A DNA stretch of 64,000 bases from Deltaproteobacteria bacterium (GTDB lineage: Bacteria > Desulfobacterota > GWC2-55-46 > DRQE01): the NCBI GenBank assembly GCA_015492245.1, contig WGFM01000017.1:38693-102692 (forward strand), written 5' to 3'. Within the stretch, counting starts at the first letter, position 1. Every line of letters starts with the position of its first letter. A program made the position numbers and the translations under genes. Below are positions 20,637 through 29,797 of this stretch, piece after piece. A model generated the notes under the pieces. That model did not search any database. It saw only the letters and a program-made list of their open reading frames with translations, and was not told where the DNA came from.

Positions 20637-21325
20637 TCAAGCCCTGCCCCATCTATCTTTCCTTTGAGGTATTCTGCACTTCCGGGTGGACATACCCCAT
20701 CCTCTGTGCCATGGAGGATGAGTACAGGCAGCCTTACCCTGCCGAGAGTCTCTCTCAGGTCCACATCCATGAGGGCCTTTAGTGCACAGGCCACATCCTC
20801 TGGCTCAAACCCCTCAGGGCCGAACCCATAGGTGGATAGGAACCTTTTTGCCCGAGGGGTTGAAAGTTCTCGCCCTGTAAAGTTGAGTGGGTAGAACCTC
20901 CTGAGGGTCTCTACAGGGGATGCCTTCAGGTCCATGAGCATCCTTCTCACAAGTGGCGGGGGCTGGCCATGTGGGAAGCCCTCTCTCTTTACGAAAGATG
21001 GTGTTGCCCCCACCAGTATGATTCCCCTCAAGTTTACCCTTCCATCCACAACAGCCTTCAGCATCACCTTTGCCCCAAGGGACCATCCGATCCCAACGAT
21101 GGAGTCCCCTTCTACAGAGTTGAGGGTCTCTACAAGGAGTGCCACCGCTGGCTCAAGCCCCGGTTGCTGCCACCTTCGGGCTATACCATGGCCGGGAAGG
21201 CTGCAGAGTATGGGTTCACCGAACCCATCGAGCACAGGGCTCCACACCCTGCTGTCTGTTGCCCAGCCGTGTATAAAAAGGGGTCTACAGAGAGAGCTCA
21301 TCTTTAAGCTCCTCCATGGCCGCAA
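20549..21325 (-). CDS. bioH: alpha/beta hydrolase, pimeloyl-ACP methyl ester esterase (BioH-like)
   Basis: 258 aa. GWSLG nucleophile elbow and a catalytic His near the C-terminus. Lies between bioF and bioC. Confidence 0.65.
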   Translation of the reverse strand: MRPWRSLKMSSLCRPLFIHGWATDSRVWSPVLDGFGEPILCSLPGHGIARRWQQPGLEPAVALLVETLNSVEGDSIVGIGWSLGAKVMLKAVVDGRVNLRGIILVGATPSFVKREGFPHGQPPPLVRRMLMDLKASPVETLRRFYPLNFTGRELSTPRAKRFLSTYGFGPEGFEPEDVACALKALMDVDLRETLGRVRLPVLILHGTEDGVCPPGSAEYLKGKIDGAGLEWFCGCGHAPFVTEPERFVTLTRRFMEAL

Positions 21326-22463
21326 GAAACTCCTCTACATCCCGGGTTGTGTGCTCTGAAGACAGGGTAATCCTCAACCTTGCCGTGCCTTCCGGCACCG
21401 TTGGTGGTCTTATCGCCTGCACAAAGAAGCCCATCTGAAGAAGCCTCTCCGAGAGCTCCCTGGCCTTGTGGTTGTCTCCCACCACAAGGGGCACCACATG
21501 GGTATGGCTTGATAGGGTATTAAGCCCCAGCTCATTGAGGCCTGCCCTCATTAGCGCCGCATTGGTTGTAGGCCTCTTTCTTCTTTCCACATCACGCTCT
21601 GCAATATCTATCGCCTTTATGGTTGCCTGACATACCGCAGGTGGCAGGGCCGTAGAAAAGATAAACCCCCTTGCCCTGTTGACAAGGTAGTCCACAAGCC
21701 CCTGTTGGCCCACAACGAAGGCCCCGCAGGTGCCGAATGCCTTGCCAAAGGTGCCCATATATATGAGCCTTTCGCTTCCTTCGAGCCCGCAGTGCTGATG
21801 CACACCCCTTCCATCCTCACCCATAACACCCACCCCATGGGCATCATCCACCAGGATGATGGCATCGTACCTTTCTGCAAGGTAGAGCATCTCCTTGAGT
21901 GGCGGGGTATCTCCATCCATGCTGAAGACCCCATCTGTAAGGATAAACCTCTTTGGGGCCCTGCTCTTTTTGAGCATACCCTCGAGAGAGTCCATGTCCA
22001 GATGGGGATAGCGCCTGATGGTGGCCCTGCTCAAAAGGGCACCATCTATGATCGAGGCATGGACGAGCCTGTCCACAAAGAGCTCTGTGGCCCTGTCTGC
22101 AAGAGAAGGGATTATGGATGTATTAGCATGCCAGCCCGAGTTGAAGATAAGGGCTGCCTCTGTGTGCTCAAACCCCTTTATCCTCTCTTCAAGCTCTACA
22201 TGGGCAGGGTGTGTGCCGGTAACGAGCCTTGATGCCGTAGAGCCCGCACCATACCTTTCAACACCTTCGATGAAGGCCCTTTTAACATCTGGATGTCTGG
22301 AGAGCCCGAGATAATCGTTAGATGAAAAAAGCCTTGTCTTCTTTCCATCCACCCATGCCCAGACCCCATCTATGGGGACACACATCCTTAAAGAGCGCCT
22401 GAGCCCCCTCTCCACCCTGTCTTTGAGGAAGCCCTCTATGGTCTCTTTCAGAAACCCTGTCAT
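21285..22463 (-). CDS. bioF: 8-amino-7-oxononanoate synthase
   Basis: 392 aa PLP-dependent alpha-oxoamine synthase (…GTFGKAFG… PLP-Lys region). Confidence 0.85.
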   Translation of the reverse strand: MTGFLKETIEGFLKDRVERGLRRSLRMCVPIDGVWAWVDGKKTRLFSSNDYLGLSRHPDVKRAFIEGVERYGAGSTASRLVTGTHPAHVELEERIKGFEHTEAALIFNSGWHANTSIIPSLADRATELFVDRLVHASIIDGALLSRATIRRYPHLDMDSLEGMLKKSRAPKRFILTDGVFSMDGDTPPLKEMLYLAERYDAIILVDDAHGVGVMGEDGRGVHQHCGLEGSERLIYMGTFGKAFGTCGAFVVGQQGLVDYLVNRARGFIFSTALPPAVCQATIKAIDIAERDVERRKRPTTNAALMRAGLNELGLNTLSSHTHVVPLVVGDNHKARELSERLLQMGFFVQAIRPPTVPEGTARLRITLSSEHTTRDVEEFLAAMEELKDELSL

Positions 22464-23482
22464 CGTCCTGGTTTTAGCCCCAGGTCCTCGAGCATCTTAA
22501 GGTCTTCTTCAGGGGGTCTGCCCCTGGTGGTGAGGTAGTTGCCTATCATCATCCCATTTGCCCCTGCGGCAAAAATGAGGCACTGAAGGTCTCTCAGGTT
22601 GGCCTCTCTGCCACCGCAGACTATTATGCTCCTGTCTGGAAGGATGAACCTGTATAGGGCTATTGTCAGGAGGCATTCCCTGGGGGTGAGATAGTTTGCA
22701 TCCTCAAGCGGGGTGCCTGGCCTGGGGTTGAGAAAGTTTATCGGCACAGAGTCCACACCGAGCTCTTTAAGTGTCATGGCAAGCTCTATCCTGTCCTGCC
22801 AGCCCTCACCAAGGCCGAATATGCCACCACTGCATACATAGAAGCCGAGCTCCTTTGCAACCCTTACCGTCTGGACATCCTCCTCGTAGTCATGGGTGGT
22901 GCATACCCTTGGGAAGAAGGAGCGAGAGGTCTCAAGGTTGTGATGATAGCTCTCAAGCCCTGCCTCCTTGAGCCTCCTGAGGGTCTCCTTGTCGAGAATC
23001 CCCAGTGAGGCACACCTTTCAAGCCCTGCCCTCTCCTTCATGAGTTTGAGTGCCCTCTCAAGTATCTCTACATCCTCTCTCTTTGCCACCTTGGTGCCAC
23101 TTGTAACTATGGAGAACTCACGGGCCCTCCACCTTGTGGCCTCAAGGGCCGTCTCGACTATCCTCTCTGCAGGCAGCATGGGATAGGTGGGTGCCCCTGT
23201 ATTATACCTTACACTCTGGGCACAGAATGTGCAGTCCTCTCCACAGAGCCCGCTTTTGGCATTCACTATGCTGCAAAGAGAGACCTCATCACCCTTGAAA
23301 TGCCTCCTCACACGCTCTGCATGGGGAAGCACCTGGAATATCCCCTCCTCACCAAGACGAACCAGCTCCTCTGCCTCCCTCCAGCCTATCCCGGCCCCAC
23401 CAAGGGCCTTCTCTGTTATCTCCTCCAGAAATCCCATGACAGAAAGACTGAATACCACATAAGATGGATGATTGTCAACCAT
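22460..23482 (-). CDS. bioB: biotin synthase
   Basis: Radical SAM CxxxCxxC (CGEDCTFCAQS) and a BioB C-terminal Cys cluster. The track ORF starts at a TTG (23503). The ATG at 23482 or 23437 is more likely, which would leave the BirA box upstream. Confidence 0.88.
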   Translation of the reverse strand: MVDNHPSYVVFSLSVMGFLEEITEKALGGAGIGWREAEELVRLGEEGIFQVLPHAERVRRHFKGDEVSLCSIVNAKSGLCGEDCTFCAQSVRYNTGAPTYPMLPAERIVETALEATRWRAREFSIVTSGTKVAKREDVEILERALKLMKERAGLERCASLGILDKETLRRLKEAGLESYHHNLETSRSFFPRVCTTHDYEEDVQTVRVAKELGFYVCSGGIFGLGEGWQDRIELAMTLKELGVDSVPINFLNPRPGTPLEDANYLTPRECLLTIALYRFILPDRSIIVCGGREANLRDLQCLIFAAGANGMMIGNYLTTRGRPPEEDLKMLEDLGLKPGR

Positions 23483-23503
23483 ATTGTGGATGCTGGTTAA
23501 CAA
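23472..23503. promoter_or_regulatory. BirA operator (bioO): TTGTCAACC-N14-GGTTAACAA
   Basis: Inverted repeat with a 14-nt spacer matching the classic BirA box TTGTTAACC-N14-GGTTAACAA at the 5' end of the bio operon. Confidence 0.7.
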
Positions 23504-23569
23504 TCGTCTTGCACAATGTGGTCGAACTTCTCTCCTCCAGCATCCTTATTTTGTGCTAAAATCAACGAT

Positions 23570-24985
23570 ATGGAGCCGAAGCTTATAGAGAGGGTAGCCC
23601 GTGAGCTCGATGGTCTGCTGAAAGGGGGCATAATATCTCGTATCCACCAGCCCGAACCCAGAACCCTTACCATGAGGGTCTTCAGGGAGAGGGAGCGCTG
23701 TCTTCTCATCTCCTGCCATCCTCTTTTCTGCCGCATACATCTTACAGAGAAGAGGCCAAAAAACCCGCCTGTCCCGCCACGCTTCTGTGCCCTTTTGAGG
23801 AGCCGAATCCTCAATGAGAGGGTCCTCGGCATCGAGGCCCTCGAGGGTGAAAGAATAGTGCACATAAAATTAAGAGACTTTACCCTTGTGGCAGAACTTA
23901 CAGGGAAGTCCTCCAATGTGATACTCGTGGACAGGGACGGGACCGTTGTGGATGCACTGCGCCACTTTCCGCCTGAGGGATCAAAAAGGGTGGTCTTCCC
24001 GGGAGTAAGGCTTCTACCCCTTCCAAGGCCAGAGAGTGCGAGAGAAAGGCCCACCCCTTTGGAAAGACAGGAAGGTGAAAGCTGGAACGAGGCGGTGGAT
24101 AGATACTACACAGGGCTTACAGAAAAAGAAAGATTCCAGAGAGAATACACACTTACAGGGCGGGCACTTAGGGAGGCAAGAAAGAGGGTTGAAAGAAAGC
24201 TTGAAAACATGCTCTCCGACAGGGAACTGGCAGAAGCAGAGCTTGACCACGGCAGGATAGGAGAGATCCTTCTTTCAAGCTTCCATCTGTTGAGGCGTGG
24301 AATGAGCGAGATAGAGCTTGAAGACATATACAAGAGCCCGCCAGAGAAGATACGCATAGAGCTTGACCCGGCCCTGAGCCCGCAGGAAAACGCCGAAAGA
24401 TACTTCCGCCGCTCGAAGAAGGCAAAAAAGACCATCGAGATGGTGGCCAGAAGACTTCCAGAGGTTGAGGCAGAGCTTGAATACATAGAAGAGCTCCTCT
24501 ACGAGCTCGAGGGTATCAAAACCCCTGAAGAGCTGGAAGAACTAAGGGGTGTACTCATAAAAGAGGGCTACCTCAAAGAACCCACCAGGCCTGTGGCAGG
24601 TGTGAGCCCAAAGCCTTCAGGCCCCCCATCCATCGGAAGACTTACAGTGGATGGCTTCACCATACTCTACGGCAAGAACAGCCGTGCAAACGACATTCTT
24701 TTGCGGGAACATGCGGCAGGAGAAGACCTGTGGTTCCATGCCAGGGGGGTTGCAGGCTCCCATGTGGTGCTCAAGCTTGCAGGCAGACCCCCCACAGATG
24801 AAGCCATAAAACATGCCGCAGGGGTGGCAGCCTACTTGAGTAAAAACAGGCCGTCCCTGAAGGTTGAGGTAATATTTACAGAGGCAAAGAATGTGAGAAA
24901 ACCCAGAGGGGCAAGACCAGGGCTTGTAACGGTGGCTGAACACCGAACAATCGTGGTGGAACCTGTGGAGGTGGACAGGGGATGA
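23570..24985 (+). CDS. NFACT-family RNA-binding protein (RqcH/FbpA-like, DUF814 C-terminal domain)
   Basis: N-terminal NFACT-N (…MRVFRER…LLISCHP…), coiled-coil middle, C-terminal NFACT-R (…GKNSRANDILLREHAAGEDLWFHARGVAGSHVVLK…). Start taken at the ATG at 23570. Confidence 0.7.
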   Translation: MEPKLIERVARELDGLLKGGIISRIHQPEPRTLTMRVFRERERCLLISCHPLFCRIHLTEKRPKNPPVPPRFCALLRSRILNERVLGIEALEGERIVHIKLRDFTLVAELTGKSSNVILVDRDGTVVDALRHFPPEGSKRVVFPGVRLLPLPRPESARERPTPLERQEGESWNEAVDRYYTGLTEKERFQREYTLTGRALREARKRVERKLENMLSDRELAEAELDHGRIGEILLSSFHLLRRGMSEIELEDIYKSPPEKIRIELDPALSPQENAERYFRRSKKAKKTIEMVARRLPEVEAELEYIEELLYELEGIKTPEELEELRGVLIKEGYLKEPTRPVAGVSPKPSGPPSIGRLTVDGFTILYGKNSRANDILLREHAAGEDLWFHARGVAGSHVVLKLAGRPPTDEAIKHAAGVAAYLSKNRPSLKVEVIFTEAKNVRKPRGARPGLVTVAEHRTIVVEPVEVDRG

Positions 24986-25028
24986 ACGGTGTAGAAAAGC
25001 CACCCTGGGGGACCCCTTCCTGAAACAA

Positions 25029-25068
25029 GCAAAAAAGGGGAGATGGCTACTTAAGTAGCCATCTCCCC
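25029..25068. terminator. bidirectional intrinsic terminator (perfect 15-bp palindrome flanked by an A6 tract)
   Basis: AAAAAA-GGGGAGATGGCTACTT|AAGTAGCCATCTCCCC. For the minus-strand tRNA operon it is followed by UUUUUU. It also closes the plus-strand NFACT gene. Confidence 0.7.
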
Positions 25069-25080
25069 CTCTCTGTCTTC

Positions 25081-25158
25081 TGGCGTCCCCAGGGGGATTT
25101 GAACCCCCGTTACCGCCGTGAAAGGGCGGTGTCCTTGGCCAGGCTAGACGATGGGGAC
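25081..25158 (-). tRNA. tRNA-Glu (anticodon UUC), CCA encoded
   Basis: Reverse complement GTCCCCATCGTCTAGCCTGG…CCGCC-CTTTCAC-GGCGG…GGTTCAAATCC…GGGGACGCCA. Cloverleaf with anticodon loop CUUUCAC. Confidence 0.9.
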
Positions 25159-25173
25159 GCAGGTGAGAAAGAC

Positions 25174-25249
25174 TGGTGAGCCGCCCGGGACTCGAACCCG
25201 GGACCACCTGCTTAAAAGGCAGATGCTCTACCAACTGAGCTAGCGGCTC
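25174..25249 (-). tRNA. tRNA-Lys (anticodon UUU), CCA encoded
   Basis: Reverse complement GAGCCGCTAGCTCAGTTGGTAGAGCATCTGC-CTTTTAA-GCAGG…GGTTCGAGTCC…GGCTCACCA. Confidence 0.9.
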
Positions 25250-25444
25250 AAACCATACGCATCTATACCCCTAATTATCCCCTGCAGGATAATTACATAT
25301 CTTTATCACAGAGAATCAACGCTTGTCAAACATTTTGTATCCCACCACGGAAGGTTACATATTTTTGTTGACAATTCTGTCCTCTATAAAGTAAATTTAT
25401 AGACTCCACAGGCGAAACCCTTGCAAAAAAAAGGAGAATAACCC

Positions 25445-26788
25445 ATGGCCGTTGTAAGACCCTTCAGGGCGGTGCGCTACAACCCGCAGAAGGTAAAGGA
25501 CCCATCGAAGGTTACAGCACCCCCCTATGATGTTATATCCCGGGAGTTCAAGGAAGAACTCCAAAAAAGGCACCCCCACAACATTATAAGGCTCATCCTG
25601 GGCAAAACCCACGACACATCCGACGATACCCTCTACGAGAAGGCACGAGAATATCTTGAGGGCTGGCTTAAAGAGGGCGTACTCATAAGGGATGAAAGGC
25701 CTGCCCTTTACCCCTATACGCAGACATACCAGGTGGACGGAAGGCCTGTAACACGCACAGGCTTTATAGGGCTTGCACGCCTCGAAGAACCCGAAGAAGG
25801 TGGAATAAAGCCCCATGAGAGGACCCTCTCAGGGCCCAAGGCGGACAGACTGAAGCTCCTCGCAGCCTGCCAGGCAAACTTGAGCTGCATATTCTCGCTC
25901 TACCCTGAAGACGGCGGCAGCCTTCAGGAAAGAAGCATAAACTCGCTTATGGAAGATGCCCTCAAGGGGCCACCACTGGTTGAGGCAATAGATGACGATG
26001 GTGTTATACACAGGCTATGGAAGATAGATGACCCGCAGACCATAGAGGCCATAGCCACGAAGATGAAGGACAAAGAGCTCTTCATAGCCGATGGACACCA
26101 CCGCTACGAGACCGCACTCAAATACCGACAGATGATGCTCGAGAAGACCGAAAACCCCACAGGTGAAGAGCCCTTCGACCATGTGATGATGTACTTTACG
26201 AGCATGGCAGACCCGGGGCTACTCATATTCCCCACCCACAGGGTGGTGCACAGCCTTGAGGACATCGATAGAGAAGGACTCCTTGAAGAATGCAAGAAGT
26301 ATTTTGATGTCGACCCCCTTCCATTCGATGAGGCCACAGAAGAGAAGGTTAAGGAGGAGTTCCTTGAAAGATTGAAAGAAGAGAGCGAGGAGAAGATAAA
26401 GTTTGGCCTCTATGTGCGGGACAACCCTGTCTACTACATGCTCACCTTCAGGGGCAAGGAGGTCATGGACGCACTTTTCGGCTCATCAATGGCAGAGGTG
26501 CACAAGGGTCTCGATGTAACGGTGCTCCATTCGGTCATACTGGAGAAGATACTGGGCATAGACAGAGAGGCACAGGAGGCCGGAAAGAACCTTACATACA
26601 TAAAGGATGCCAGGGATGCACTCAAGGTGGTAGAGGGTGGGAACAACCAGCTCCTGTTCCTTATGAACCCCACGAGGATAGAGGATATAAGGCGGGTCTC
26701 TGAGGCAGGCCTCCTCATGCCGCAAAAGTCCACATACTTCTATCCGAAACTCCTTTCGGGGCTGGTGATAAACCTTCTTAAAGAATGA
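25445..26788 (+). CDS. DUF1015 domain-containing protein
   Basis: 447 aa. N-terminus MAVVRPFRAVRYNP…PPYDVISRE… is typical of DUF1015. Function unknown. Confidence 0.65.
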   Translation: MAVVRPFRAVRYNPQKVKDPSKVTAPPYDVISREFKEELQKRHPHNIIRLILGKTHDTSDDTLYEKAREYLEGWLKEGVLIRDERPALYPYTQTYQVDGRPVTRTGFIGLARLEEPEEGGIKPHERTLSGPKADRLKLLAACQANLSCIFSLYPEDGGSLQERSINSLMEDALKGPPLVEAIDDDGVIHRLWKIDDPQTIEAIATKMKDKELFIADGHHRYETALKYRQMMLEKTENPTGEEPFDHVMMYFTSMADPGLLIFPTHRVVHSLEDIDREGLLEECKKYFDVDPLPFDEATEEKVKEEFLERLKEESEEKIKFGLYVRDNPVYYMLTFRGKEVMDALFGSSMAEVHKGLDVTVLHSVILEKILGIDREAQEAGKNLTYIKDARDALKVVEGGNNQLLFLMNPTRIEDIRRVSEAGLLMPQKSTYFYPKLLSGLVINLLKE

Positions 26789-27459
26789 GCCTGCCTGTGG
26801 GCACAGAGGAGCTTGAAAGAATAGGGCCATTTCTGTTCAGAAACATCGATGCGGGCCAGAGGATAACCACCGACACACTCCTTCTTGCAGAGTTCCTCCT
26901 GCCCGTTCATCCCACGGAAAAGACCATAGAGCTTGGCACAGGCACCGCCCCGATACCCCTCATACTGTGCTGGAAGACAGGGGTAAGAAAGATAGTGGCC
27001 CTGGAGGTGAATGGCCATGCCTTCAGGGTGGCAGAGGAGAATATCGAGGCCAACAACCTTGCAGACAGAGTGGAACTTCTCTGTGAGGACTGGCGCGAGC
27101 TTGAGTCCATATACCCGGAGGGTAGTTTCCAGCTGGTGGTGAGCAATCCTCCCTATGTGAAAAAGGGTGGGGGACGAATCAGCCCGCACCCTGGAAGGGC
27201 TACAGCAAGGTGCGAAATCTTCGGAACCCTTGAGGACCTGGTGGATACAAGCACCTATCTTGTATCAGGGGATGGCAGGATATGCTACATATACCCTGTG
27301 AGACGGTTCTTCGAGCTTACAGGGGCACTCAAACAGAGGGGGTTTGGCGCACTTAAGGTAAGGTTTGTTCACACAGGAAAGGCCAGAAAGGCAACCCTCT
27401 TTCTGATAGAGGCAAGAAGAGGCAACCGCCTTACCATAGAAGAACCCCTATCTCTTTAG
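26785..27459 (+). CDS. SAM-dependent methyltransferase, small-domain N6-adenine/N5-glutamine type (TrmN6/YfiC-like)
   Basis: 224 aa with IELGTGTA and the NPPY catalytic motif. 4-nt overlap with the DUF1015 gene. Confidence 0.65.
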   Translation: MSLPVGTEELERIGPFLFRNIDAGQRITTDTLLLAEFLLPVHPTEKTIELGTGTAPIPLILCWKTGVRKIVALEVNGHAFRVAEENIEANNLADRVELLCEDWRELESIYPEGSFQLVVSNPPYVKKGGGRISPHPGRATARCEIFGTLEDLVDTSTYLVSGDGRICYIYPVRRFFELTGALKQRGFGALKVRFVHTGKARKATLFLIEARRGNRLTIEEPLSL

Positions 27460-27905
27460 CCCCCCTGTGGAGAACGCCCTCTGCATGGCCCTCCTTACGG
27501 CATCTTTCAGAAGAGGATCCTTTATGGAACCTATCGTATCTTCTATATAGCGGCTCTCTTCATCACTGAGCTCTCTTCTTTCTGCCTCAGGAGGCCTCCT
27601 CCTATCGGCCACGCTCTTAAGTGTGCCAACCCTGAAGATCACCCTTTCTATGGCATTCCCACCAAGCCGCTGGTTGAGCCTTCTTCTTATAAGCTCTGCA
27701 TGGAACCTCAGCTCTGTAGCCCACACAGGGGAATGAACCCTTACATGGAGCACGCCGTCTTTAAGAAACGAGGGCTCACACCTTCTGGCAAGCTCCTTGC
27801 CCACCACACCCTGCCAGACCCTCTTTATACGGGCCTCTTTCAACATGCTTTTCAGCCCCGGAAAGGATAACCCCCCGGAGAGCACATCTCCTATGGAGAC
27901 AGGTC
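27448..27905 (-). CDS. DUF721 domain protein
   Basis: C-terminal two thirds of ORF 27448..28059 match the DUF721 pattern (…VWQGVVGKELARRCEPSFLKDGVLHVRVHSPVWATELRF…). The exact start is uncertain, probably GTG. Confidence 0.45.
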
Positions 27906-27908
27906 TTT

Positions 27909-28166
27909 TCACGAGAACCTGTTGTGGTTGAGTCTGCCGCCTATGAACTGTCCCAGTATGGCACCTATGGCCATTATGGGTATGTATTTGTATGTAACCC
28001 CTGCATAGGTGCGCAAAAGAAACAAAAAGGGTATGGGTATGTGGATATAGAGAAACCACACAAACGAAAACTTCCTTGAGCCAGCCCTGAGGTAGCCAAA
28101 GGGGAGATTCAGCACAAGGGACAGAATTGTAAGCAGGATTAAGGTTGCCATAATAGTTTCCATCAA
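27909..28166 (-). CDS. hypothetical small membrane protein
   Basis: 85 aa with two to three predicted TM helices. No recognised motif. Confidence 0.3.
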   Translation of the reverse strand: MMETIMATLILLTILSLVLNLPFGYLRAGSRKFSFVWFLYIHIPIPFLFLLRTYAGVTYKYIPIMAIGAILGQFIGGRLNHNRFS

Positions 28167-28221
28167 TCCTTTATCTTACAGTATTGGAGCCATGGGTGTC
28201 AATTCTGAAGAGCTTTTCCCC

Positions 28222-28250
28222 TTGACTATATACCCCAAATAGGCTAATTT
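28222..28250 (+). promoter_or_regulatory. sigma70-like promoter upstream of lysS and the OM-biogenesis gene run
   Basis: TTGACT at 28222-28227, a 17-nt spacer, TAATTT at 28245-28250, 37 nt upstream of the lysS ATG. Confidence 0.45.
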
Positions 28251-28286
28251 TACAGTTTAACGGTTATCCGGCCAGGAAGGTTAACT

Positions 28287-29774
28287 ATGAGCGAAAAGAG
28301 CCAGGAATACATGCAGCGCCTTGCAACCCTGAAAAGGCTTAAGGATATGGCTGTGGAACCCTATCCCAATGACTTTGTGCCCACCGCCACCACAGAAGAG
28401 TGCAGAAAGAGGTTCGATGGCCTTACAGCCGAAGAGCTCGAAGGGATCAACGAGAAAGTACAGGTTGCGGGCAGGATGATGAGCCTGCGCAGCTTCGGCA
28501 GGGCAGCATTCACCCATATACAGGACAGAAAGGGCAGGATTCAGCTCTACTTCAAGAAAGACCTCCTCGGTGAAGAGGGCTGGAAAAGGCTAAGGCTCTG
28601 TGATGTGGGAGACATAATAGGGGTTGAAGGTAGACCATTCCGCACAAAGACAGGTGAGCTCACCATCGAGGTAAGGGGTCTTAAGCTTCTTGCAAAGGGA
28701 CTGCACCCCCTGCCAGAAAAGTGGCACGGCCTTAAGGATGTGGAGATACGCTACAGGCAGCGCTACCTTGACCTCATGGTGAATAGCACAGTAAGGGAGA
28801 CCTTCCTTAAGAGAACCGAGATTATAAGGCTTATACGGGAGTTTCTGGTAGAGAGGGACTTCCTCGAGGTGGAAACCCCCATGATGCATACCATCCCTGG
28901 AGGGGCTGCTGCAAAGCCCTTTGTTACATACCATAATGCCCTGGGCATGGAGCTATATTTGAGGATAGCGCCTGAGCTATACCTTAAAAGGCTCCTTGTG
29001 GGCGGGTTTGAGCGTGTCTTCGAGATAAACCGCAACTTCCGTAACGAGGGTGTATCCACCCAGCACAACCCGGAGTTCACCATGCTCGAGTTCTACCAGG
29101 CATATGCAACATACGAAGACCTGATGGAGCTTACAGAAAAGATGCTCCTTTTCATACTCGAACGGCTCGGTGTGGGACACAGAGTCCAGTATCAGGGCAG
29201 AACCATAGACTTCAGCCCCCCCTGGGAGAGTATACCCCTTGTGGATGCAATCGTAAAGTACGGGGGGGTGGAAAAAAGGGTGCTCCAGGATGAAGGCCGG
29301 GCAAGAGAGCTTCTCAAAGGGCTTGACCCGAAGGCAAGGGATGATATGCCCCATGGCAAGGTCCTTGCGGAGATATTTGAGAAGACAGCAGAGGACAGGC
29401 TCATAAACCCCACATTTGTAACCCATTATCCTGTGGAGGTCTCCCCCCTTGCAAGGCGAAACCCACAGGATACAGGGGTTGTGGACAGGTTCGAGCTTAT
29501 AATAGATGGCAAGGAGATAGCCAATGCCTTCAGTGAGCTGAACGATCCGCTCGACCAGAAAGAACGGTTCCTCAGACAAACGGAAGAGCGTAAAAAAGGA
29601 GACGAAGAGGCACACCGCTACGACGAGGACTTCCTGAGAGCACTCGAATACGGCATGCCTCCGGCAGCAGGCGAAGGCATAGGCATAGACAGGCTGGTTA
29701 TGATCCTTACAGATTCTCCATCGATAAGGGATGTAATACTCTTCCCGCTTTTAAAAGAGAAGACGGAAAGGTAG
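28287..29774 (+). CDS. lysS: lysine--tRNA ligase (class II)
   Basis: 495 aa. N-terminal OB anticodon-binding domain and class II motifs 1-3 (…FRNEG…, …GGGIGIDRLVM…). Confidence 0.95.
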   Translation: MSEKSQEYMQRLATLKRLKDMAVEPYPNDFVPTATTEECRKRFDGLTAEELEGINEKVQVAGRMMSLRSFGRAAFTHIQDRKGRIQLYFKKDLLGEEGWKRLRLCDVGDIIGVEGRPFRTKTGELTIEVRGLKLLAKGLHPLPEKWHGLKDVEIRYRQRYLDLMVNSTVRETFLKRTEIIRLIREFLVERDFLEVETPMMHTIPGGAAAKPFVTYHNALGMELYLRIAPELYLKRLLVGGFERVFEINRNFRNEGVSTQHNPEFTMLEFYQAYATYEDLMELTEKMLLFILERLGVGHRVQYQGRTIDFSPPWESIPLVDAIVKYGGVEKRVLQDEGRARELLKGLDPKARDDMPHGKVLAEIFEKTAEDRLINPTFVTHYPVEVSPLARRNPQDTGVVDRFELIIDGKEIANAFSELNDPLDQKERFLRQTEERKKGDEEAHRYDEDFLRALEYGMPPAAGEGIGIDRLVMILTDSPSIRDVILFPLLKEKTER

Positions 29775-29797
29775 ACTGAAGAACCCTTTTCTCCCCT

